DNA from: a virus
Taxonomy: Duplodnaviria > Caudoviricetes
Strand: one strand, 5' to 3'
Length of the DNA stretch: 28,529 nt
Virus record (IMG/VR): IMGVR_UViG_3300037751_000192
Coordinates: 1-28,529 of that record
The position numbers and the translations under genes are program-made. The notes below the pieces were generated by a model, which saw only the letters and a list, made by a program, of their open reading frames with translations, had not been told where the DNA came from and searched no databases. Positions 9,557 through 18,632 of the stretch are shown here, one piece after another. How positions within the stretch are numbered: position 1 is the first letter of the stretch; each line of letters opens with the position of its first letter.

Positions 9557-10018
9557 TTATGGTCGATACTCAATATTTTTTGCATAGGTTGCGCCTTGGT
9601 CAGGCTTCAACCCGTGATTTTCTACGCCCGGTGTCTGCCCGCCACGAATAGCGTCATCAACCATCCTGTTGACTGATTCCTTTTTCGCTTTGTCTTCCTG
9701 AAAATATTCTTCGGGTATTGCCATCAAATATGAATATTGAGGGCTTCCATCCTTGTTGGTCCCGGTCATGTATTTTATGCGCCGGTCACGCTCCTGTGCT
9801 TCTTTAGCGTCTCCAAGCTCAACGCCTTCGGTCATGACAAAATCATACCCGCCTTGCTCCGCCGCAATCAACCGGCTGCCCGCGCCTTCGTCTTTAATCC
9901 AGCGAGGGCGTAACCCTTGCGCTTTCAGCCGTTTTTCGGTTTCGGCGTCAATGTTCAACTTCTTCCTTTGTACTCCAAACGGAACTCTTGCCCTTCTATC
10001 CTGCTTGCCTTTTGCCAT
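9557..10018 (-). CDS. Phage head-region hypothetical protein
   Basis: Start at ATG 10018 after AGGAG. RWI.D...R......GGY.FV and YLM.IP.E motifs. Confidence 0.6.
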   Translation of the reverse strand: MAKGKQDRRARVPFGVQRKKLNIDAETEKRLKAQGLRPRWIKDEGAGSRLIAAEQGGYDFVMTEGVELGDAKEAQERDRRIKYMTGTNKDGSPQYSYLMAIPEEYFQEDKAKKESVNRMVDDAIRGGQTPGVENHGLKPDQGATYAKNIEYRP

Positions 10019-10020
10019 AA

Positions 10021-10797
10021 CTATTCTCCTTGCGCCCAATACTCTTTAGCGTATGTTTCTTTTTTCAGTTCCCGGCCTTGCACCTTGAATTTTGAGGCCA
10101 ACCGATCATATGCACCTTTGGCATCGGCCGGCAAGTCGTTGAAAGTTTTCTCCGTCGTCTTTTTCCCGCCTGCTCTTGATCCCCCCTCCACATCTCCAGG
10201 CTTGTCCCGGTTCGGGTTGGTAAACTTGTGCGGAAACTGTTTTTTCGTCCTGGCCGTCATTTCCTCAGCCAATTTTGCCGGAGTAATCCCAGGGGTTTCG
10301 TGGACGATCTTGTGGCTAATAAAGTCGGCATAGTCGGCAAGGTCCTGGTCCTCTTGATACCATGGATTTTTTTCTTTCCATTCGGTGAAATGAGGCGGTT
10401 CCTGATTGACAGGTTTCGGCTCAGCCGGAGGCTTAATCGACTGCCGCTCTTTCTTGACCTCTTTGTATGCTTCGGTGTCGCCAACCTCGACCGCTTCAGC
10501 CTCTTTTCTGTCCAGTGCGGCCAGCTTGGATTCGTACTCCTGTTTGGCTCGATCGTATGACTCTTTCCGGACCTGCTCAAGCTCAGCCTTGGTCAGCTTA
10601 ACCGCCATATCCAGGTCTTTTTCCAGCTTGCTGACCTTGTCCCGCATTATTGGAATGATATTTTCCCCTCGCAAAACAAACTCTTTCGCAGGCCGCCACT
10701 TATCCGGGTCGCCTTTCCAATCTTCCTGGGGTACATGGCCCATCTTGGCCGCTTCTTCCTCGTAATTTCTTTCTTCGCTCATGTCATCATCCCTCAA
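10021..10797 (-). CDS. Putative scaffolding protein
   Basis: Highly charged and coiled-coil-like, with E.EA..MG..P...W.G....W..A.EF and W...NPWY. Lies between portal and capsid. Alternative start at 10782. Confidence 0.65.
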   Translation of the reverse strand: MRDDDMSEERNYEEEAAKMGHVPQEDWKGDPDKWRPAKEFVLRGENIIPIMRDKVSKLEKDLDMAVKLTKAELEQVRKESYDRAKQEYESKLAALDRKEAEAVEVGDTEAYKEVKKERQSIKPPAEPKPVNQEPPHFTEWKEKNPWYQEDQDLADYADFISHKIVHETPGITPAKLAEEMTARTKKQFPHKFTNPNRDKPGDVEGGSRAGGKKTTEKTFNDLPADAKGAYDRLASKFKVQGRELKKETYAKEYWAQGE

Positions 10798-11095
10798 TTA
10801 CTGCGCCGATCTCTTTGTCCGAAATCAGCCTGTAATCTTCGCCGTCCTGTCCTTTAACCGTTGCCCCTGCGTATTTGTCGAAAAGGATTTTGTCGCCAAC
10901 CTTGGGGTAATCCAGCCAGTTAGGGTCAGTAAAACAGATTGACCCAATGGCGATTATATCCCCGCGCTCCTTGGCGTACTTTTCCTTTTCCTTGGCGGAG
11001 TCGGGGATATAAAGCCCACCAGCCGTCTGTGCTTCAACTGCTTCTGGCTTCACCAGTACCTTGTACTCAACCGGTCTTATTCCTGACTTGTTCAT
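10787..11095 (-). CDS. groES: Co-chaperonin GroES (phage-encoded)
   Basis: IRP....VLVK....E..TAGGLYIPDSAKEK...G.IIAIG...KVGDKILF.KYAG..V...G.DY.LI...EI.AVIE matches Cpn10 throughout. Confidence 0.92.
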   Translation of the reverse strand: MNKSGIRPVEYKVLVKPEAVEAQTAGGLYIPDSAKEKEKYAKERGDIIAIGSICFTDPNWLDYPKVGDKILFDKYAGATVKGQDGEDYRLISDKEIGAVIEG

Positions 11096-11295
11096 TCATC
11101 TGCCTCCAAATTCAAAATTTCATCCACCATGTCATACTTGCCCTTGTAATATACTCCCAGCGATGTCTCCGGGTTGCATGGGTCCATTGCTTCCAGGCAT
11201 TGCTCCTGGCAGACCTCCTGGAACTTCCGGAGGCGGACCATTACTGCCTTGGTTTCCGGGAGCGCCTTCCATCCCGCCAGCTCTTCCTTGTTCAT
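11092..11295 (-). CDS. Small hypothetical protein overlapping the portal 3' end
   Basis: W...PET..V....... G...G pattern typical of post-portal small genes. AAGGTGAG RBS and 4-bp coupling to groES. Confidence 0.6.
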   Translation of the reverse strand: MNKEELAGWKALPETKAVMVRLRKFQEVCQEQCLEAMDPCNPETSLGVYYKGKYDMVDEILNLEADE

Positions 11296-13198
11296 TGCTC
11301 ACCTTAAATGCTTGCATTGATTGATCTAACCATGACTTATATTGATCCAGCTGTGTTCCTGCCTCTTTTGCTTCTGCGTCTGCGATGGCCCGGATGGCCT
11401 CTGCGTATGTCTTGATAGTCTCGGCAATCATCTTCGGTGATTCTTCTGATAGCCTGGTTGCCTTCATTTCTAGCTCGATAAGTTTCGGGTCAGGCCCAGG
11501 TTGCGGTCTCTTCTCCGGCGCCACAATCAGTGCCTCTTTGTTCGGTATTTCCAGTGCATCCAGAAAACGGCTGTTTATTTCGTCCTGATTAATTCCGGGG
11601 TCCCCCCTCAACATTCCAAGAGCTTCAGCTTTAGCTATCTTCTGCATCGTGGTGGAAATCTCAGGGTCTGATACCGGCTGAACATCCGTCCCGTCATTGC
11701 GGAAATCCTGCAAAGTGACAACGCCCGGCTTATCGGTGTCAAGCACTCGGAAATATGTCTCCGGCTGTAAATATTTCCCATTCAACTTGAACAATATTTT
11801 CAGCTCTTTTTTGAGGCACCGGTGAATCCGCTTATAAATTGCCGTAAAGACCTTGAGGCCCTGCTCAACCCTGGCCATTGTGGTTGTTGCAGTCTCGTTT
11901 TGCTGCTGCCCGCCGGTGAAAATATCCTGAACGCTGGTGATATCCTTGACGGCCTCAACCAAAAAACCCAGGAGATTAAAAAGAACCGCGGATGGCCCAG
12001 GGAACTGCATCTGATAGATTGCTTGATTGATCGGCACAGAGGCAGGCAACTTGATAGGCAAGAACTCGCCCATGGTGAACTTGACCGGCCCACGTTTTTG
12101 GTTGATACTGACACCATCCCGGACAAACCCGGATTGCAGATTGCTCAGTGTCCCAGCATCGAGCATCTGGTTGATTGTCGTGTCTACCGAGTTTGACAGT
12201 GGCCCGCATAACTGCCCGAAACCGATATCGTAAAACCCCCCATCAGGCGAAGGGATGAACGAGTACTTTGTAAAATAGTCCGTCCGCTCGATCTTTGATA
12301 TCTTTGTCCCACGGTCTGACCCGACAACCTGTAAAACCTCCGGGACATCCACGAGCTTAACAGTCTGCCCGTTTTTTGTGACCCTGATATCATCTGCGTT
12401 AAATGCGGCCTTGACCCGAACAACCTTTTCCGACTCTTTGTGAACCGTCACGCAGTACGGCTCTTTGTACCCGTCATCGTCCAGATCGATCAGACAATGC
12501 TGCTCATAAAACTCTTGCAGCACGTCCTCTTCGTCGTCGGTAACGCTGATATTGAGATCGACATCAGACCACAATCCAGACCGTTGTTTTTCTAAAATTT
12601 GCTGCGGATAGAACCACAGCCGATGCGTCATGCGCGGGCATGTCGATAGTGATTTTGTCTTATAGTCGACAATGAAGTCAATCGGCCTGACCCACTCACT
12701 GACGTTATGACCGAGGGCCGGATCGTAGTAACTCTTTTTGAACTCGCACCCCTCAATGGGTAGAGCGAGCAGAAGCCGATCCATTTCTTCTTCCCACTCT
12801 TCTTGTTCTTCCAGAAGTTGGTAATTCATAAAGTCGGAAACACGCTGCCCCTGCTGTGCCTTGGCCCCGTCCTTATCTGCGCCGATGATTTTTGGCTTAA
12901 CGATTTTGTTTCCCTGGACTATTGCCGGATATGCCCTGGCGTGAAACTGTAATGCGGCAGTGGTAATGAGTGGGTATTTGACATTGCTGGCATTTGGCCA
13001 CGGGAAAGTCTTTTCCTTTGTGACCTGTAGTGCCGCATCCATTGCCTTTTCTGATCTTGCCAGCCACTCCGATCTGCTGCCGTCATCCTGCACGGTCAAG
13101 CGCACAACGTCCCGCCCAAGTTTGATCAGCTTGTCGTCGTCAAACTCGTCAGCGATGTTTGTCGCATCTATGTATTTGAGCAGCGTTTTGATTGTCAT
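11132..13198 (-). CDS. Portal protein
   Basis: ~690 aa directly after terminase, with motifs KTFPWPNASNVKYP, FIPSPDGGFY..GFG and NQMLDAGTLSN. Start placed at ATG 13198. Confidence 0.85.
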   Translation of the reverse strand: MTIKTLLKYIDATNIADEFDDDKLIKLGRDVVRLTVQDDGSRSEWLARSEKAMDAALQVTKEKTFPWPNASNVKYPLITTAALQFHARAYPAIVQGNKIVKPKIIGADKDGAKAQQGQRVSDFMNYQLLEEQEEWEEEMDRLLLALPIEGCEFKKSYYDPALGHNVSEWVRPIDFIVDYKTKSLSTCPRMTHRLWFYPQQILEKQRSGLWSDVDLNISVTDDEEDVLQEFYEQHCLIDLDDDGYKEPYCVTVHKESEKVVRVKAAFNADDIRVTKNGQTVKLVDVPEVLQVVGSDRGTKISKIERTDYFTKYSFIPSPDGGFYDIGFGQLCGPLSNSVDTTINQMLDAGTLSNLQSGFVRDGVSINQKRGPVKFTMGEFLPIKLPASVPINQAIYQMQFPGPSAVLFNLLGFLVEAVKDITSVQDIFTGGQQQNETATTTMARVEQGLKVFTAIYKRIHRCLKKELKILFKLNGKYLQPETYFRVLDTDKPGVVTLQDFRNDGTDVQPVSDPEISTTMQKIAKAEALGMLRGDPGINQDEINSRFLDALEIPNKEALIVAPEKRPQPGPDPKLIELEMKATRLSEESPKMIAETIKTYAEAIRAIADAEAKEAGTQLDQYKSWLDQSMQAFKVSNEQGRAGGMEGAPGNQGSNGPPPEVPGGLPGAMPGSNGPMQPGDIAGSILQGQV

Positions 13199-13203
13199 GG
13201 CAT

Positions 13204-13239
13204 AAAAAAAGCCGCTCATGCACGAATGCACGGCGGCTT
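13204..13239 (-). terminator. Intrinsic-terminator-like hairpin immediately upstream of the portal start
   Basis: Minus strand AAGCCGC-CGTGCA-TTCG-TGCATG-A-GCGGCTT followed by a T run. Confidence 0.55.
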
Positions 13240-13370
13240 GGTTGTTCCAATACCAAAAAATCTACAGTTTTATAGTCTCTTCCTTGATTATATGTGTAAT
13301 TTTGCCATTTTGGAAGCAAATTGTTATTTTACCGTAAAAAAAACCATCTATAGCAGATTGCAGAATGGTT

Positions 13371-13622
13371 TTAAGCCTGGTCATATTTGCTCTGCATCTC
13401 GCTGTCTGTCAGCATCTCGTATCCTTCGGGGGCTTTGATCAGCCAGTCCCCATGACCGAGTTTTACCACTCGCCCGGCGCCGTATATGATGATTTTTTTG
13501 TTTGTTGCCTGGATGTCTATCCGCTCTGCCGTGTCCGCAAAACTCACTATCTCCGCCGTGTTGCTCCCTGTCCATTGCACGGCGTCAAAGGTTGCAAGAT
13601 GTTTTTGTTTGATTTTCATCAA
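13371..13622 (-). CDS. Hypothetical phage protein
   Basis: AVQWTG.N..EI..F...GDWLIK motif seen in small phage proteins. 4-bp overlap with the terminase C-terminal ORF. Confidence 0.6.
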   Translation of the reverse strand: MMKIKQKHLATFDAVQWTGSNTAEIVSFADTAERIDIQATNKKIIIYGAGRVVKLGHGDWLIKAPEGYEMLTDSEMQSKYDQA

Positions 13623-14371
13623 TACCCTGTATCCTCGTTGCGCTCGACTTTGCCGTAACCGTTGCCGCCCGCATCCATTGCGATGTCGCGCGATGTCGCC
13701 AATGGCATCCCAGAAACAATCAGGTACCGCATGCAGTCCATCAGATGATCATTGTCTTTGACAACCTTGCCGTTTTCGTCCCTGCGATAGAGTCTCAGCT
13801 CCTCCAACACAGCAGCGAGACTGCGGAAAATCTTAAGCCGCCCCGACACCATCCGCCTGTAAACGGCGTGTATGCCTGACTCAACTGCGTTATCAGCCAA
13901 ATCCAGAGACAACCCCATATTGACGTACTCGTCGTACAATTTAACGCCGTCTTTTTGGCTACGCCCACTTGCTGCCGGATCAATTACGCCAGGTATCCAT
14001 GCCCCCCTGCTCTTAATTGCATCAACATGAGTCGCAGGCTCTGCCATCCCCTGCTTATAGCAGGAGTACAGATACACCGTATCACTCTGCCTATCCCATG
14101 CACCCCAAAGTGCAGCTGTGTTGTTCCAGCCCACATCCATTCCAAAAGCGCACGGCCAAAACTCCGGCACCTCAACGTCATCGCAGACAATCCGCTCCTC
14201 TGCTATCGGGTAGATGGCCCCGGCTCCGAGTTGCGGAATCCCTTTGGCCCGTGCGTCCCGCTGATACGGAGGAATAGAGTCCCAAAGCTCCTGTTTTTGC
14301 GCTGTGGTCAGGTGGGGGCAGTCATCCCACGTAGCGGTTGTGACATATTTTGTTGCGCTCACAACTGGCAA
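13619..14371 (-). CDS. Terminase large subunit, C-terminal (nuclease) part
   Basis: TWDD.PHL, R.AR.KGIP..G.G.IYP, GMDVGW, IDPA and DHLMD..RY acidic RNase H-like motifs. AAGGAG lies upstream of the TTG start. Confidence 0.85.
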   Translation of the reverse strand: MPVVSATKYVTTATWDDCPHLTTAQKQELWDSIPPYQRDARAKGIPQLGAGAIYPIAEERIVCDDVEVPEFWPCAFGMDVGWNNTAALWGAWDRQSDTVYLYSCYKQGMAEPATHVDAIKSRGAWIPGVIDPAASGRSQKDGVKLYDEYVNMGLSLDLADNAVESGIHAVYRRMVSGRLKIFRSLAAVLEELRLYRRDENGKVVKDNDHLMDCMRYLIVSGMPLATSRDIAMDAGGNGYGKVERNEDTGY

Positions 14372-14440
14372 AACCGCTCCTTTCCGCCTAACATACAGCC
14401 CCGGAAATTTTGGACACTTTTGTTGAAATCATTAGATAAA

Positions 14441-15175
14441 TTATACTTCATTTTGCCTAACGCTTTGGGGTATTTTCCCATTGCTCAAAAATGTTTTAAC
14501 GACCTCAGATATCCCCAACAGCGGGGTGAACGTCAAAATCATCAGCCCGTCCGTGGTCATCGTCCTCATTAGACACTCGCTCCATATTGACAGGTCCGGC
14601 TCCTCGTCCAACCATATGACATGCTTCGCCGTGCCCTGAAAGGATTTGCGTTTCTGGTCATACGATTTCAGCCCCAGGCTTGACTTGCCGCCCGACACAT
14701 GCTTGATTGTCGCGCTCTGAATGGCATCCGGGACCCCGTTCCGCCGTGTTGTATCTATGATTGAGTCTGCTGGAATCAACCCCGTGCCCATCTCGCCAAT
14801 CTGCCCGAACAACTCTAACTGTATGATATCCCTGACTGTCTCGCTCGTATCTCCTGCCGCCCACACGCTGACCGGCCCCGTAAACCTGCGCCCCTGCCAC
14901 CACTGCGGATACCGGCCTGTGAGATGGCAGACAACCTCATACCCGCCGGCAATAGTTTTCCCGACACGGTTCGCGGCCATGAACAGCCGCTCCCGGTAGT
15001 GCGCCCCGGCGGCGAAATGTTCAGTATGTTTCCCGTACAGCTCCCGCCGCAGCGGCCCGTCATCCGGAAACAAGCTGTCAATCTTCCGCCCTCGCTCCCG
15101 CCGCCGCAACTCACTGAGGATCTCTACTGCGCGCTGCATCTGCGAGTAGCTGAGAGAGCTGAGATCGTAACTCAT
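14441..15175 (-). CDS. Terminase large subunit, N-terminal (ATPase) part
   Basis: Walker A AANRVGKT, Walker B IWLDEEP and coupling motif TFTP. Start placed at ATG 15175. Confidence 0.88.
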   Translation of the reverse strand: MSYDLSSLSYSQMQRAVEILSELRRRERGRKIDSLFPDDGPLRRELYGKHTEHFAAGAHYRERLFMAANRVGKTIAGGYEVVCHLTGRYPQWWQGRRFTGPVSVWAAGDTSETVRDIIQLELFGQIGEMGTGLIPADSIIDTTRRNGVPDAIQSATIKHVSGGKSSLGLKSYDQKRKSFQGTAKHVIWLDEEPDLSIWSECLMRTMTTDGLMILTFTPLLGISEVVKTFLSNGKIPQSVRQNEV

Positions 15176-15758
15176 GCTCGTCGCGTTTTGTGATGTCATC
15201 TATCTCCACATGTTGCCGATCCCCGTAGTCGCCGGGGTCTGTTACCTTTGCTAACCACCTATAATGATTAGCCAACTCGCGCGCCTTGGTGATTTCCGCC
15301 GGCGTAGCATCCGGCAGTAGTGCGTTGATAGCGTCTAAGGCCGCCCGTGCATACTCCTGAGCCAACAGCCGCCGGGTTTCGCGCGCGCGATGAATCCGAG
15401 CTGGATCTGCAACGAGCCACGCATGCAGCGTATCACTCCCGACCCCGCATTTTTTGGCGGTCTGCTTGTGTGTCGCCCCGTCGCTGATAATCCGGCATAT
15501 CTCATCTATCCCGATATTGTCGAGGGTCTCGCCCGGTGTGCGCGTAGTACTCGTTGTATCGTTCCGGGTAGTCGCGCCTGATTTTATCAACGAGTTGGCT
15601 GTATCTGTGATAGTAGCTGAGGATTTGCCCTGGGTAGCAATCGACTTGTTGCGCGAGGGCTTGGAGTTTGTCTTTGTCGTGAACGGCTTGGACGAGCAGC
15701 GGGACGGGGATTTGACGGAGCCTTTGCTCTCTGGTTTTTTTTTGGGTTGCCCGGCCAT
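15111..15758 (-). CDS. Terminase small subunit (Sf6 gp1-like)
   Basis: IC..I..G......A...GV...TL..WL HTH, RARE and RW.A....P..YGD. Start placed at ATG 15758. Confidence 0.75.
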   Translation of the reverse strand: MAGQPKKKPESKGSVKSPSRCSSKPFTTKTNSKPSRNKSIATQGKSSATITDTANSLIKSGATTRNDTTSTTRTPGETLDNIGIDEICRIISDGATHKQTAKKCGVGSDTLHAWLVADPARIHRARETRRLLAQEYARAALDAINALLPDATPAEITKARELANHYRWLAKVTDPGDYGDRQHVEIDDITKRDEHELRSQLSQLLADAARSRDPQ

Positions 15759-15976
15759 CACTCTAGCCCCGTCCTGACCAGCTCTGCCGTCCTGCGCCCG
15801 CACTCTGTGTACATGTCGGCCAACCTCAGCAGATACCGCCAGGCGCAGGCGTCCAGGTGGCTCCAACACAGCCCGGCGGCCAGCGCTATACATACGGCTA
15901 TTAGGGTTATATCAATCCAGTACCGCCGGATTACTGCAAGCACAATCCGGGGCACCCAGGGCGTAGGCTCTCTCAT
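15758..15976 (-). CDS. Small membrane protein
   Basis: 72 aa with one hydrophobic segment and a GAGGAG RBS. Confidence 0.4.
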   Translation of the reverse strand: MREPTPWVPRIVLAVIRRYWIDITLIAVCIALAAGLCWSHLDACAWRYLLRLADMYTECGRRTAELVRTGLE

Positions 15977-16235
15977 ACTCTCCTCACAAAAATACCCCGG
16001 CCAGAGCGGGATTGGGGTCCGCCTGACCGGGGCTCAGGAAAAGGAGGGGGAACGGAAAACATATCTTTTTATCTCATATATCAACGACTTAAGCAACTAA
16101 AATCTTTACCCGCCAAACTTTTTTCAAATTATTTTGCTGACTTTCTGCAACCTGTTGATTTTGTTAGATATTAAAAATCTCAGTTGCGCTTGACAAGGGC
16201 AAGGGATCGGGCGGCCATGGCGGTGGCCTTGTCGA

Positions 16236-16595
16236 TCAACTTATAACCTCTTCTGGCCCCGCCGTAAATCTAATCTCAACCTCGCCGCCCGGGCGCACCT
16301 CATCGCTCAAAAATGGGTGCGCCCGGAACCGGCGGTCATCAACCCCGAGCGCGTCTGCGATTCCGTCACGTGCATTTTTTATCGTGATGTTATCGTCATC
16401 CCTCCGCCTGCGGTCCGGCGGATAAAATTTAATCCACAAGTGGATATCCCCCGGCCAATTAATCACAATTCCAGCCTGCCGGGTAATAACAAATGCCTCG
16501 TGCCGGTATTTTTTGGCCGCCTTTGCTTTCGCGGCCCAATGTTTCCGTGCATTAGGCGATAGTTCTTTCGGGGGCCAGGGCAGGGTAATTTTCAT
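16236..16595 (-). CDS. RusA-like Holliday junction resolvase
   Basis: LPWPP..LSPN, F.PPDRRRRD.DN, K...DGIADALG.DD motifs. Confidence 0.8.
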   Translation of the reverse strand: MKITLPWPPKELSPNARKHWAAKAKAAKKYRHEAFVITRQAGIVINWPGDIHLWIKFYPPDRRRRDDDNITIKNARDGIADALGVDDRRFRAHPFLSDEVRPGGEVEIRFTAGPEEVIS

Positions 16596-17161
16596 CTAAT
16601 CCGCGCCTCGACGCTCGTGTCAATCCCTCGTACCCAACTGCGCTCGACCTCAGCCGGGGGATATTCATAACAGTTTTCCCGAGGGCAATTTTTCATTTCG
16701 TGGTACAGAGCATCGGAATATCGCACGCACTCAACCCGCCGGCCGTCAACCGTGCGCTTACAAAATGCGGCCCGATCAAATTCGCCTGGTTTCGGCAATT
16801 CCCGGTTGGCCGCGCTGGCCGCCCGGGCACAAGCCTTGCTGCAATATTTCGCTTTCCTCCGCCTCCTCGACTCTACCCCGCACACCTCGCAGATTATTAG
16901 GACAAGGCTTTGTTTTTTGCCTTTTTTTTTCAGCTCCTGCCGACATTCCGGCCGGTAGTTTGCCCGGCAGGTCTTCGGGTTTCCGGTTTCCCCCTCCATC
17001 AACGGCTGCCAATCCCCGCAATTTTCGCATTGATACCACGATTTTGCCGGGAGCGCAAAGCATTGAGCCTGGTGGGTTATCATCTGATGCCAATGGCTCT
17101 TGAAATAATATTTACGCTCAGTGTTACAGGTCTTTCCACACCCGCAATCACATAGTTTCAT
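16592..17161 (-). CDS. Cys-rich putative zinc-binding protein
   Basis: CDCGCG, CENC, CEVC and YCSKAC motifs. 4-bp overlaps on both sides. Confidence 0.6.
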   Translation of the reverse strand: MKLCDCGCGKTCNTERKYYFKSHWHQMITHQAQCFALPAKSWYQCENCGDWQPLMEGETGNPKTCRANYRPECRQELKKKGKKQSLVLIICEVCGVESRRRRKAKYCSKACARAASAANRELPKPGEFDRAAFCKRTVDGRRVECVRYSDALYHEMKNCPRENCYEYPPAEVERSWVRGIDTSVEARIR

Positions 17162-17346
17162 CGGCTCACCCTCACCCCGCCCGGCTCCGTGGTTACGTTG
17201 AAAATCAGATCATGATATGCGGCATACTGATCCGCAGCGTTTCTGATTGATATTATCTGCCTCGGGTTTTCCGCCGGGATAAAAATTGCTTCGCCCGCAG
17301 CTGCCCGGTCCCATGGGTATTTCAGTTTTCGCCCTCTGGTTTCCAT
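17158..17346 (-). CDS. Small hypothetical (possible DNA-binding) protein
   Basis: RGR..KYPW.....GE..F.P and GVRV.R motifs. GGAG RBS. Confidence 0.55.
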   Translation of the reverse strand: METRGRKLKYPWDRAAAGEAIFIPAENPRQIISIRNAADQYAAYHDLIFNVTTEPGGVRVSR

Positions 17347-17360
17347 GTCTCCCCCTTTGA

Positions 17361-17651
17361 TTATGGCTTTACCGGATACTTGATGCCATTTTTTTCTATC
17401 TTTTGCAAAATAATCTTTTCCGGGTCAACGCCTAGTTCGTGGCACATGGTCAAACAATAAATCATTACGTCCGCTACCTCGTCGGCAACATTTTCAATGT
17501 CCGGGCTCTTCCACTCCGGCCCCCACTGGAAATTGCGGTTTAGTTCAGCCCCTTCGATCATTATCGACCTTGCCAGGTTGGGGGGAGTATGAAAATCTTC
17601 CCAGTTTCGTTCATCCCGAAACGCTATCAGTTTTTTGATTATTTCTTTCAT
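17361..17651 (-). CDS. MazG-like nucleotide pyrophosphohydrolase
   Basis: FRDERNW..FH.P.NLA.SI.IE..EL...FQW, DEVADV and K..KN..KYP. Confidence 0.88.
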   Translation of the reverse strand: MKEIIKKLIAFRDERNWEDFHTPPNLARSIMIEGAELNRNFQWGPEWKSPDIENVADEVADVMIYCLTMCHELGVDPEKIILQKIEKNGIKYPVKP

Positions 17652-17660
17652 TTCGCCTCC

Positions 17661-18632
17661 TTATGCAAACAATACCCGTTGAATATTTTCTTTTTTCTTT
17701 ACCTGCTCCATGTTTTTTTCTGCCTGCCTGTAATAGCTGGTTTTAAGCTCTATACCAACACCCCTCCTCCCGTTCTGCACCGCAACAAAAACCTCCGAAC
17801 CCACCCCCATGAACGGGGACAAAACAACCTCTCCAGGATTTGACCTCAGTACGATAGCCCGTTCAATAATGTCGAGTTGCAACGGGTGGACATGCTTCTC
17901 GTCATCAGGCTCTTTACAGTCCTGATAAGGTAAAACCCTATTCATCCTGATGTCATCCCAGACAGAAGAGGCATATCGTCTCCATATCCAATGAGAATAT
18001 CTATTTTCCGTTTGTTTCCCCTTCCAACCTCGATACCGCAAAATATCAGCAGGCATCGGAGACTCCCCCGCATACTCTTCAAGGCCATAAGTGTGAGTAA
18101 CTGGTATTTTATTTTCTCCTTTTTTCCTAAAAACCAACAAATAGTCCGCGGTGGCAACCCCGCCATAAACTCCGTCATCCACAATGGTCTTATGGGATAG
18201 GTTTTTGGTCATCGTCCGGTTTCTCACCCATAACGGTTCTTTCCATATCGCGTGCCTGGCTATCATGCGAAAACCGTGCTTTTCGTGCAGCCTGATTATG
18301 TCGCCGGGGAAATCTATCAGGTAATCATCTTTTCCAGAGTTTGATGAAGGAATATCCGTGCAATGCACTGCGGATATTCGTCCAGGCATCGTCAATCTTT
18401 CTATTTCTTTCACGCAAAATTCATAATGACAGAGAAACGTCTCGTAGTCGTTGCAGTTTGATAAATCTCGCTCGTTGCTCGAATATTTATACAACCCACC
18501 GGTGCTCGTCCCGAACGGCGGGCTGTATATGCTCATGTGAACTGATTTTTCCGGCAGCGACCGCATAACCTCAATGGAATCAGAATTATAAATAGCAAAC
18601 TCATCGGTAATTTTTTGTGATATTACAGCCAT
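17661..18632 (-). CDS. DNA methyltransferase (N4-C/N6-A, beta class)
   Basis: Catalytic SPPF near the N-terminus, H..P motif and SAM-binding PF.G.GS at the C-terminus. Confidence 0.9.
   Translation of the reverse strand: MAVISQKITDEFAIYNSDSIEVMRSLPEKSVHMSIYSPPFGTSTGGLYKYSSNERDLSNCNDYETFLCHYEFCVKEIERLTMPGRISAVHCTDIPSSNSGKDDYLIDFPGDIIRLHEKHGFRMIARHAIWKEPLWVRNRTMTKNLSHKTIVDDGVYGGVATADYLLVFRKKGENKIPVTHTYGLEEYAGESPMPADILRYRGWKGKQTENRYSHWIWRRYASSVWDDIRMNRVLPYQDCKEPDDEKHVHPLQLDIIERAIVLRSNPGEVVLSPFMGVGSEVFVAVQNGRRGVGIELKTSYYRQAEKNMEQVKKKENIQRVLFA

Noticed and set aside
14386-14461. GCCTAAC copies as attC starts
   Set aside because: They are direct repeats with no L boxes or hairpin.
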